Assembly (NCBI GenBank): GCA_009773315.1
Contig: WRPE01000022.1
Coordinates: forward strand, 3,266-67,265
DNA from: Syntrophaceae bacterium
GTDB lineage: Bacteria > Desulfobacterota > Syntrophia > Syntrophales > Smithellaceae
Reading direction: 5' to 3'
DNA length: 64,000 nucleotides
Position 1 is the stretch's first letter, and every line of letters begins with the position of its first letter. A program made the translations under genes and the position numbers. Shown in pieces: positions 44,928 to 53,052 of this stretch. The notes under the pieces are model-generated. The model was not told the origin of the DNA. It worked only from the letters and a program-made list of their open reading frames with translations, and made no database searches.

Positions 44928-46586
44928 GTGTTTGAAAGGTTTTGGCATCGATATTACGATTACAACGTCCCCGCAACTATTCGTTATCCCCAGATTGCCG
45001 TCCCCGAACTGCTGCAGATTCCGGCGAATGCTTTGCCGGACAAGGCAGCCATCTACTATGAAGGGGCGGAGATCTCTTTCCGCGATTTTCGCGCCCTAGT
45101 GATCAGGATGGCCAATGCCTTGGCCGCTATAGGCGTGCAGAAGGGCGACCGGGTTGGGGTTCATCTGCCCAACTGCCCCCAGTATCTGATTGCCTATTAT
45201 GCGGCTCTTTCCCTGGGAGCGATTGTGGTGAATCTCAATCCAGCCTACCCGAAAGAAGAGCTTTCCATGATCGTGGAGAATACGGGCTTGAGCACGCTTG
45301 TTACCCTGAACGAAACCCAGCCGCTCATCCGGGAACTTTGCAGGGAAATCCCTATTGCCCGTGTCATTTTGACGAACCGCATGGAATATGCGAAGGAAAA
45401 GATTCCCGGCGTAACGGGTGACCTTGGCGCAGGATGGTATTCTTTTGCCGTCCTCCTGGAAAACTGTACTGATCTGCGGCGGCCCAGAGTTTCCGTCGAG
45501 GCGGAAGACCCTGCCGTCATTCAGTTTACCGGCGGCACAACAGGTATTCCCAAAGGGGCGGTTCTCACCCATGCCAATCTGGTAGCGGCAGTGTTCCAGA
45601 CATCGCCGCGAATGTTCCCGATTATGCAATTCATTCCCCCGGAAAGACGATCGTCGATGATTATCATTCCGCTTTATCATGTTTATGGGAACCTCATTGC
45701 CAACTGGTCGCTTTTCAACTGCGTAACTCAGATTCTGGTTCCCCGCTTTCAGGCGAATGAAGTCATTGATCTAATTATTAAAATAGGTGAAATTACTTAT
45801 TTCCCGGCTGTGCCGACCATGCTGACTGCTCTGGTCAATCATCCTCGGATTAAAGAGGCTGATCTGGGCAGGCGGATACACATTGTCAATTCAGGAGCCG
45901 CTCCCTGTCCGGTGGAATTGATTGAGCGGCTTCGGGATATGGGTGTATTTATTACAGAAGCCTGGGGAATGAGTGAATCGGCAGGCCTGGGGGTCGTAAA
46001 CCCCATCTTGGGAAAGAAAAAAACGGGCAGCATTGGCCTTCCCGCACCGGATAACGATATCCGTCTTGTTGACATTGTGGATGGTGTGACAGACGTTCCC
46101 CGGGGACAACCGGGTGAAATGCTTCTGAAGGGGCCCTCCGTGATGAAGGGGTATTGGAACAATCCCGAAGAAACGGCGGGGCAGCTTGTTGACGGCTGGC
46201 TCCATACGGGGGATATTGCCGTCCAGGATGAAGACGGTTTTCTTTTTATTGTAGATCGCAAAAAAGACATGATCATTGCCGGTGGGTTTAATATTTATCC
46301 CCGGGAAGTCGATGAAGTCATCTACCGGCATCCCAAAATCAAGGATGTTGTAACGGTTGGCGTACCCGACGCCTACCGGGGGGAAACGGTTAAGGCTTTT
46401 GTCGTAGCTAAAGACGGAGAGATCGTGACGGCGGAAGAGATTATCTCTTTTTGTAAAGAAAAAATGGCCCCTTACAAGGTGCCGAAAGAAATCGAATTCA
46501 GGACATCCCTTCCCCAGTCTGCTGCAGGGAAGATCCTCCGCAAAGTATTAAGAGATGAGGAAATCCAGAAAAAAGGTCAGACGTGA
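44928..46586 (+). CDS. Long-chain-fatty-acid--CoA ligase / AMP-dependent synthetase
   Basis: GTG start with an AAGGAGGAG RBS. AMP-binding motifs: FTGGTTGIPKGAVLTH, YHVYG, GWLHTGDIA, PKTAAGKILR-like (SAAGKILRK). Confidence 0.9.
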   Translation: MFERFWHRYYDYNVPATIRYPQIAVPELLQIPANALPDKAAIYYEGAEISFRDFRALVIRMANALAAIGVQKGDRVGVHLPNCPQYLIAYYAALSLGAIVVNLNPAYPKEELSMIVENTGLSTLVTLNETQPLIRELCREIPIARVILTNRMEYAKEKIPGVTGDLGAGWYSFAVLLENCTDLRRPRVSVEAEDPAVIQFTGGTTGIPKGAVLTHANLVAAVFQTSPRMFPIMQFIPPERRSSMIIIPLYHVYGNLIANWSLFNCVTQILVPRFQANEVIDLIIKIGEITYFPAVPTMLTALVNHPRIKEADLGRRIHIVNSGAAPCPVELIERLRDMGVFITEAWGMSESAGLGVVNPILGKKKTGSIGLPAPDNDIRLVDIVDGVTDVPRGQPGEMLLKGPSVMKGYWNNPEETAGQLVDGWLHTGDIAVQDEDGFLFIVDRKKDMIIAGGFNIYPREVDEVIYRHPKIKDVVTVGVPDAYRGETVKAFVVAKDGEIVTAEEIISFCKEKMAPYKVPKEIEFRTSLPQSAAGKILRKVLRDEEIQKKGQT

Positions 46587-46614
46587 TGGGGGAGAAGATG
46601 GGGACATCCATGAT

Positions 46615-47352
46615 ATGGAAAAAATTCGTTTAGATAAATTGCTCGTGTCCCGTGGTTTTGCGCCAACCATTCAAAAAGCGCAGGCTCTTATTCTGGCCCG
46701 GGCCGTAAAAATAAATGATGTCTGTCTGTATAAAGCCGATCTACTGGTGCCTGTTAACGCCGAAATACACATAAAGGGCGACGACAATCCCTACGTCAGC
46801 CGTGGGGGTTTGAAATTAAAAGGCGCGCTTAATCACTTCGCGCTGGATGTGTCAGGTGAAGTCGTCCTGGATGTCGGGGCGTCCACGGGCGGTTTCACCG
46901 ACTGCCTGTTGCAGGCGAGTGCGCGTAAAGTGTTCGCCGTTGATGTCGGCTATGGCCAGCTGGCGTGGAAACTGCGCGGAGACCCGCGCGTGGTCATCAT
47001 TGAACGCACCAATATCCGCCACTATAACGGCTCTGATCTTACTGAGAAACCAACGCTGGCCGTAATTGACGTCTCTTTTATTTCGCTCAAAACCGTTATT
47101 CCCGCCGTGCTGGCGCTGCTTGCAGATCACGCCCGGATTCTCGCATTGATCAAACCGCAATTTGAAGCACAAAGGGAAGAAGTCGGAAAAAACGGTGTGG
47201 TGGAAGATGCGGCGGTTCATGATCGAGTGGTCGGGGAAATCGTCTCATTTTGTCAGTCCCAACGGTTGGATGTGGAAGGAACCTGCGACTCCTCTCTTTT
47301 AGGACCGGCAGGCAATAAAGAGTTTTTTGTATTAGCGCGGAAAACAGACTAA
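46615..47352 (+). CDS. tlyA: TlyA-family rRNA 2'-O-methyltransferase (S4 domain + FtsJ fold)
   Basis: IRLDKLLVSRGFAPTIQKAQALI (S4 domain), YVSRGGLKL, and VLDVGASTGGFTDCLL (SAM motif). Confidence 0.9.
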   Translation: MEKIRLDKLLVSRGFAPTIQKAQALILARAVKINDVCLYKADLLVPVNAEIHIKGDDNPYVSRGGLKLKGALNHFALDVSGEVVLDVGASTGGFTDCLLQASARKVFAVDVGYGQLAWKLRGDPRVVIIERTNIRHYNGSDLTEKPTLAVIDVSFISLKTVIPAVLALLADHARILALIKPQFEAQREEVGKNGVVEDAAVHDRVVGEIVSFCQSQRLDVEGTCDSSLLGPAGNKEFFVLARKTD

Positions 47353-49083
47353 ATGGAAATCAAACTGGCCAAAACAGCCGGGTTTTGCATGGGCGTGCGC
47401 CGGGCGGTGGATGCGGCTCTGGATGTTGTCCAACATGAAATGGGCAGGCGAATCTACACCTACGGCCCCCTGATCCATAATCCGCAAACCATTGAACTTC
47501 TTAAAAATCGAGGCATTACGGCCATCAACCATATTGAGGACATCCCGGACAAAAATCAGGCTGTTTTGATTATCCGGGCGCACGGTATTGCGCCTGACGA
47601 AAGAGAAAAAATCAAGGAAAGCGGCGTTAAAATCATTGATGCCACCTGTCCGAAAGTCAGCTACGTGCAGACCATCATCAAAAAGCACACGGCGATGCAC
47701 TACACGGTCATCATCGCCGGAGACCGCGAACACCCGGAAGTGGACGGTCTTTGGGGTTACAGCGAAGGCCAGGGCCTTATTGTCTCGACGCTTTCGGATG
47801 CGGATAAATTACCCGCCATGGAAAAAGTCTGTATTGTGGCCCAAACCACTCAGGACACGGATCATTACGCCCATATTGTTCAAAAAATCCAAGAAAAAAA
47901 TCCGCAGGCTGTCGTTTTCAATACGATCTGTTCCTCCACGGAGAGAAGGCAGGAGGAAATTATCACTCTGGCTGCGGAAATGGACGCTTTATTCGTCGTC
48001 GGCGGTAAAAACAGCGCTAATACCCGCCGGCTGGCTGATCTGGCCCAAAAACAAAACACGCCGACTTTCCATATTGAAACCGCTGAAGAAATAAAAAATA
48101 TAGATCTGACGCCTTACAAAAGTATCGGGGTTTCCGCCGGCGCCTCCACACCGAACTGGATTATCGATCAGGTTATGGATAATCTTGCGGAAAGACACAG
48201 CAGTCCACATCAAAAGGTTGGCTTTCTCCTCAAGCTTTGGCTATGGATGGTTAAAACGAATTTCTATTCCGCCTTGGGCGCGGGTTGTCTGGCGCTTACG
48301 GGCATGTTGTTGCAAAAAATCCCTGTCCATTTTTCGTCGATCGCCATCGCTTCATTATTTGTTTATGCCATGCACGTTCTCAATCGGCTGGCGGGCAGAA
48401 AACAATCGGGACTGATCGGTTCATTTCGTGAAAAATCCTATTTAAGGTTCAAAAGACACTATCATCTGACGGCTATTGTCTCTTTGGTGATGGCTCTGGT
48501 TTTATCGCTGGCGAACAGCATGCTTTCTTTTTTATTTTTGTTTTTCATTTCTCTTGCCGGCGGTTTGTATAATATGAAAATTCTGCCTGGAGGCCTGCGC
48601 TTTCAGAGATTAAAAGACATCCCCGGATCAAAAAACTTTTTTATCGCCGCCGCATGGGGAATGGTGACGGCGGTTTTACCGGCCTTGAACAATAGCCAAC
48701 AGGCCAGCGCCGGAATGGCGGTCGCTTTTATTTTCACGTTCGCCTTAGTCTTTATTCGATCAGCCATGTCGGATATTATGGATATCCAAAGCGACAAACT
48801 ATTGGGACGGGAAACCATTCCCGTAATGATCGGCAAGGAAAAAACTCAAGTCCTCTTAAAAATTATCATTCTGATTTTATTGATTGTTTTGTTGATCTCC
48901 ACTCCTGTCGGATGGAGTTCAACTTTAAGTATTTTCCTGGTTTTGTGTATATTATATATATGGATTTGTTTCCGGCTTTGTGATAGAAGGGCGGGTCTTT
49001 CGGGGGGAGTCATTGAAGGACTCCTGGAAACAAGCTATATTATTGCTGGTTTTGCTGTTTTCTGCTGGTTCGTTCTAAGTTGA
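47353..49083 (+). CDS. ispH: IspH (HMBPP reductase) fused to a C-terminal polytopic UbiA-prenyltransferase-like membrane domain
   Basis: Residues ~1-290 carry AKTAGFCMGVRRAV, ATCPKV, NTICSST (the three IspH cluster cysteines) and GGKNSANTRRL. Residues ~300-576 form ~8 TM helices with SDIMDIQSDKLLGRETIPVMIG (DxxDxxxD...G..T.P). It is one uninterrupted ORF. Confidence 0.75.
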   Translation: MEIKLAKTAGFCMGVRRAVDAALDVVQHEMGRRIYTYGPLIHNPQTIELLKNRGITAINHIEDIPDKNQAVLIIRAHGIAPDEREKIKESGVKIIDATCPKVSYVQTIIKKHTAMHYTVIIAGDREHPEVDGLWGYSEGQGLIVSTLSDADKLPAMEKVCIVAQTTQDTDHYAHIVQKIQEKNPQAVVFNTICSSTERRQEEIITLAAEMDALFVVGGKNSANTRRLADLAQKQNTPTFHIETAEEIKNIDLTPYKSIGVSAGASTPNWIIDQVMDNLAERHSSPHQKVGFLLKLWLWMVKTNFYSALGAGCLALTGMLLQKIPVHFSSIAIASLFVYAMHVLNRLAGRKQSGLIGSFREKSYLRFKRHYHLTAIVSLVMALVLSLANSMLSFLFLFFISLAGGLYNMKILPGGLRFQRLKDIPGSKNFFIAAAWGMVTAVLPALNNSQQASAGMAVAFIFTFALVFIRSAMSDIMDIQSDKLLGRETIPVMIGKEKTQVLLKIIILILLIVLLISTPVGWSSTLSIFLVLCILYIWICFRLCDRRAGLSGGVIEGLLETSYIIAGFAVFCWFVLS

Positions 49084-49101
49084 GTTTACGATACTGAACT
49101 A

Positions 49102-49710
49102 ATGAAAGGGGTAAAGATAATGATGGGAAAATTTTTTACTCGAATTGTTCTGGTTATTGCTGCTTTGAGCGCTATCGCCTGCGGCGGATTGCGTTTTTCT
49201 CAACTGGACCCTGCGGCAAAGGATTATCATCCCAAACGAATCGCTGTATTTCCGGCGGATGTGGGAACGTATGAAGAAGCACGCAATCATATTGAGCAGA
49301 TTGTGCCCGGCGTGCTGATGGAGAAAAAATGGTTTAGCGACATCACCGACACGGCCAGCCTGAATCGCCAGATTCAGGCCAACGATGAACTGCGCAAAAC
49401 GATGACCGACTATCTGTCCAAGTTTCAGACTCTGAACTACTCCGACTCCGTTTTGAGCAAGAAAATCGGTCAGGTGACAAAAACGGATGCATTTTTGTTA
49501 GTCGCTATTGATTACTGGAATTATACGGTGGAAAAAGATAAGAAGCTGGCTAAGGTCAGCATCGGCTTTAAGTTGATCGATGCGGAAACCGGAAAAATCA
49601 TGTGGAAGGCAGGCCACCATCTGGCGGAAAGCTACATGTTCCTTAAGCCGGAGCTGTCTGATGTCGCGCGCTCGGTTGTCAATGATCTGGTTAAAGAAAT
49701 GCCGCATTGA
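49102..49710 (+). CDS. Putative lipoprotein (function unknown)
   Basis: Signal peptide with lipobox LSAIAC. No catalytic motifs recognised. The start is uncertain among three nearby ATGs. Confidence 0.5.
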   Translation: MKGVKIMMGKFFTRIVLVIAALSAIACGGLRFSQLDPAAKDYHPKRIAVFPADVGTYEEARNHIEQIVPGVLMEKKWFSDITDTASLNRQIQANDELRKTMTDYLSKFQTLNYSDSVLSKKIGQVTKTDAFLLVAIDYWNYTVEKDKKLAKVSIGFKLIDAETGKIMWKAGHHLAESYMFLKPELSDVARSVVNDLVKEMPH

Positions 49711-49758
49711 TTTGGTGCGCGATAGACTGTGAACTCATCATAAAAATGGAGATCATTT

Positions 49759-49980
49759 ATGAAAGAGCAAGTACAAAAAGCGATAGAAAAGGTCCGACCC
49801 GGTCTGCAGGCGGACGGCGGCGATGTAGAACTGGTTGACGTTTCCGAAGACGGCGTGGTCAAAGTCAAACTGACCGGCGCCTGCCATGGCTGCCCGATGG
49901 CGCAGATGACATTGAAAATGGGCATCGAAAAGATCATTAAACAGCAAGTGCCTTCCGTTAAGGAAGTCGTGTCTGTTTAG
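49759..49980 (+). CDS. NifU C-terminal-domain (Nfu-type) Fe-S cluster carrier
   Basis: IEKVRPGLQADGGDVELVDV...VKVKLTGACHGCPMAQMTLK, the canonical CxxC Nfu motif. Confidence 0.88.
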   Translation: MKEQVQKAIEKVRPGLQADGGDVELVDVSEDGVVKVKLTGACHGCPMAQMTLKMGIEKIIKQQVPSVKEVVSV

Positions 49981-50030
49981 GGGCCGTTAAAAAGTAACTG
50001 TTACATTTCTCTCCATTTCGTTACGGCCCC
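49980..50030 (+). terminator. Long-loop inverted repeat after the nfu-like gene
   Basis: GGGGCCGT...ACGGCCCC closing stem with an inner GTAAC-T-GTTAC palindrome. No clear T-run. Confidence 0.35.
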
Positions 50031-50141
50031 TTATGCCGGTTATGGTATTAAAATGTTACAGTTATTATTGAACAACGGCTTAGACGCCGACACGGTCGGA
50101 AGAACGCTAAAATTTTTTGATTAAAGGAGATTTTTAAAGAA

Positions 50142-50321
50142 ATGACATATGTGATTACAGAAGAATGCATTGCTTGCGGCTCATGTGAGGACGAATGTCC
50201 GGTTGAAGCAATATCCGAAGGCGAAGACAAGTACGTGATTGATTCCAAGTTGTGCACAGACTGCGGCGCCTGCTGCGATCAATGTCCAGTGGAAGCAATT
50301 ATTCCCGGAGATGAAAAGTAA
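50142..50321 (+). CDS. 2x[4Fe-4S] ferredoxin (59 aa, below the ORF-track cutoff)
   Basis: Manual translation gives MTYVITEECIACGSCEDECPVEAISEGEDKYVIDSKLCTDCGACCDQCPVEAIIPGDEK*. AAAGGAGA RBS upstream. Confidence 0.85.
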   Translation: MTYVITEECIACGSCEDECPVEAISEGEDKYVIDSKLCTDCGACCDQCPVEAIIPGDEK

Positions 50322-50389
50322 TAATTTCAGCCAGACCAATAAACTTGGGGGAATATCCGTCGGGACCGGCGGATCTTTCCCCTGCTTTT

Positions 50390-50492
50390 TTTAATCCCGC
50401 GGTTGCGGGACGAGCGTTAATTCGCCGCCGCCTGCTGCGATATGAACACGCTCATTTCATGCCTCGACAGCTTGCGGCGAAGTGGTTGATTG
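50390..50492 (+). repeat. Copy 3 (diverged) of the ~105-nt dispersed repeat
   Basis: TTTAATCCCGCGGTTGCGGGACGAGCGTTAATTCGCCGCC...GCGATATGAACACGCTCATTTCATGCCTCGACAGCTTGCGGCGAAGTGGTTGATTG. Same orientation as copies 1 and 2. Confidence 0.85.
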
Positions 50493-50591
50493 CAATACAT
50501 CTTCCGCGAGGGAATATTTTAGATTAATATAAAAAAGCGGACAAGGTCTCGGCAACACACTTTAACCCCCCTGACTTCGGGAGAGCCGCCC

Positions 50592-51239
50592 ATGAATAAA
50601 TTTATTACCTTTGAAGGCGTCGAAGGCTCCGGTAAATCCACGCAGGTAAAGCTTCTGGGCGAGTATTTGGCTGGAAAAAACATTCCCGTGCTGCTGACAC
50701 AGGAACCATCGGGAACCCCGATCGGCCGAAAAATCGGCGATATTCTCTTCAACCGCGGCCATCAGGCCATGTGCCCGGAAACGGAACTGTTCCTGTTTTG
50801 CGCGGCGCGAGCACAGCACGTGAGAGAGGTCGTTTGGCCTGCACTGAAAGAGGGGAAATATGTATTATGCGACCGGTTTTCCGACGCGACATTCGCGTAT
50901 CAGGCGGCGGGACGAGGGCTTGATCTCGATTTCATCAGAACCATTAACAACTATTGCGCCGAGGGGTTAAATCCGGACTTAACACTGCTTTTTGATTTGC
51001 CGGTGGAAACCGGACTACAAAGAGCCGGCCGGCGCGACGCCGAACTCAAAGATCCGTCGGTAGCCGACCGTTTCGAAAAAGAAAAACTGGATTTTCACAA
51101 CCGAGTGCGGCAGGGTTACCTGAGTCTCTGTGCAACGGAGCCTGGACGCTTTCGGGTGATTGACGCGGCGCGAACTGTGGACATGATTGCCCAAGACACC
51201 CGCAGGCATGTGATGGCGTTCATCAACAGACAAAGTTAA
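50592..51239 (+). CDS. tmk: Thymidylate kinase
   Basis: FITFEGVEGSGKSTQ P-loop and DRFSDATFAYQ (DRY-like) motifs. Confidence 0.93.
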   Translation: MNKFITFEGVEGSGKSTQVKLLGEYLAGKNIPVLLTQEPSGTPIGRKIGDILFNRGHQAMCPETELFLFCAARAQHVREVVWPALKEGKYVLCDRFSDATFAYQAAGRGLDLDFIRTINNYCAEGLNPDLTLLFDLPVETGLQRAGRRDAELKDPSVADRFEKEKLDFHNRVRQGYLSLCATEPGRFRVIDAARTVDMIAQDTRRHVMAFINRQS

Positions 51240-51263
51240 CCTTTATGGCGGTTTCATTTCCCT

Positions 51264-52244
51264 ATGTCTTTTGCAAATATTTACGGTCATCAAAAGCAAA
51301 TCGGCATGCTGCAAAAAGCCATGGCTCAAGAGCGCGTCGGGCACTCTTATCTTTTCAGCGGGCCTGACGCCATCGGCAAGAAAACCCTGGCGATGGCATT
51401 CACTCAGGCGTTGAATTGTGAAAACGCCGCCGAACGATATGATTCCTGCGGCAACTGTTCCTCCTGCAGGAAAATGATCCACCGCAACCACCCGGACATT
51501 CATGTCTTGGAAACCCAGGCGCAATTTATCCGCATTGACGCTATCCGCAACATTCAGGAGCAGATGACCTTTAAACCCCTGGAAGGACGAAGGCGCGTTT
51601 TCATCATCGACGACGCGGATAAAATGAATGAACAGTCGGCCAATGCCCTATTAAAAACCCTGGAAGAACCGTCAGCCGATAATATCATCATGTTGGTGAC
51701 CGCGCGTCCTTACTGGCTGCCGCAAACCATTCTTTCGCGCTGCCGGCATGTGCGCGTAAACCCGCTCGCTGTCGAAACCGTCGCGCAGTTTTTAATCGAA
51801 CAACAGCAAATGGACGCATCCAAAGCTTTACTGCTCGCCTCCCTTTCCGGCGGTTCGATCGGACAGGCGATCGAACTGGACTCGGAAGACATGATTGCAT
51901 ATCGCACCGAATTGAGCCGCCTTCTGTCCACCGCCAGCCTGCGCAATCCGATGAGTCTGCTGGCACTTGCATCTTTTCTGGGACAGGACAAAAAGGAAAT
52001 CAAACAGGGGCTGAAGCTTCTGAATACGTATTTTCGCGACGCGCTGGTCTATAAGGAAACCGCTCAGGCCTCCATGATCATCAACTCGGATGATCTGCCC
52101 GTCATCGCGTCCCTCGCCTGCCGTTTAAACGGCGAGCAGATTCTGCAAAATATCACCCTTGTGGAGAAATCAAACGAGACGATTGAAATGAATGTGAACA
52201 AATCATTGACATTAGAGGCAATGGCCTTTAATCTCCATCTGTAA
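51264..52244 (+). CDS. holB: DNA polymerase III delta' subunit
   Basis: HSYLFSGPDAIGKKTLA, Zn module CGNCSSCRKM, NALLKTLEEP, LSRC (SRC motif). Confidence 0.9.
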   Translation: MSFANIYGHQKQIGMLQKAMAQERVGHSYLFSGPDAIGKKTLAMAFTQALNCENAAERYDSCGNCSSCRKMIHRNHPDIHVLETQAQFIRIDAIRNIQEQMTFKPLEGRRRVFIIDDADKMNEQSANALLKTLEEPSADNIIMLVTARPYWLPQTILSRCRHVRVNPLAVETVAQFLIEQQQMDASKALLLASLSGGSIGQAIELDSEDMIAYRTELSRLLSTASLRNPMSLLALASFLGQDKKEIKQGLKLLNTYFRDALVYKETAQASMIINSDDLPVIASLACRLNGEQILQNITLVEKSNETIEMNVNKSLTLEAMAFNLHL

Positions 52245-52271
52245 AAATAAATTGCAAAGCAGGACCAAACA

Positions 52272-53036
52272 GTGCTGACCAATATCATTGGTGTAAAATT
52301 TAAAAAAGAGGGCAGGATATACAATTTTGACGCCGCCGACCTGATCGTGCATAAAGATGATCAGGTGCTGGTCAATACAGATAACGGCATCGCCCTGGGA
52401 ATTGTTGTAACCGACGTCCATCGATGCGAATCTCATCAGTTGCCTCCCAATTTAAAAAATATTATCCGTAAAGTCACCGCGGATGATTTGCGCGCCAGGG
52501 AAGAACTCGAACTGCTCGAAGAAGAAGCCAGAAAATATTGCATAGAAAAAATTCATGAAAAAAGCCTGGCCATGAAATTGATCACCGTTGAGTGTTTTTT
52601 CGATAAAAGCAAAATGATCTTTTATTTTACCGCAGAGGCCCGGGTGGATTTCCGTGAACTGGTCAAAGAGCTGGTCTCGAAATTCAAAACCAGAATTGAA
52701 CTCAAACAAATCGGTGCGCGTCAGGAATCGAGAATTATCAAAGGCCTGGCGGTTTGCGGGCGGACGGTCTGCTGCGCGGGCATCCTGCAAAATCTTGATC
52801 GTGTCACCGTGAAGATGGCCAAGGAACAAAGCATGTCGCTCAATCCGGAAAAAATATCCGGATTATGCGGAAGACTGATGTGCTGTCTTTCCTTTGAACA
52901 TGATGGATATGCCGGAGCAAAGAAATCTCCCAAAGCGATCAAAGCCGCGGAAGAGCCGGTTCCCATCGAGCCGCCGCAGGCAAAATATAAAATAACAAAT
53001 GCACAGGAAACGAATAAAAAGCGCACGGAGTCCTAA
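52272..53036 (+). CDS. PSP1-domain protein (YaaT/RicT-like)
   Basis: Typical position after holB. C-terminal Cys cluster CGRTVCC...LCGRLMCCLSFEH. GTG start. Confidence 0.85.
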   Translation: MLTNIIGVKFKKEGRIYNFDAADLIVHKDDQVLVNTDNGIALGIVVTDVHRCESHQLPPNLKNIIRKVTADDLRAREELELLEEEARKYCIEKIHEKSLAMKLITVECFFDKSKMIFYFTAEARVDFRELVKELVSKFKTRIELKQIGARQESRIIKGLAVCGRTVCCAGILQNLDRVTVKMAKEQSMSLNPEKISGLCGRLMCCLSFEHDGYAGAKKSPKAIKAAEEPVPIEPPQAKYKITNAQETNKKRTES

Positions 53037-53052
53037 GGAGCCGCAAACCATC

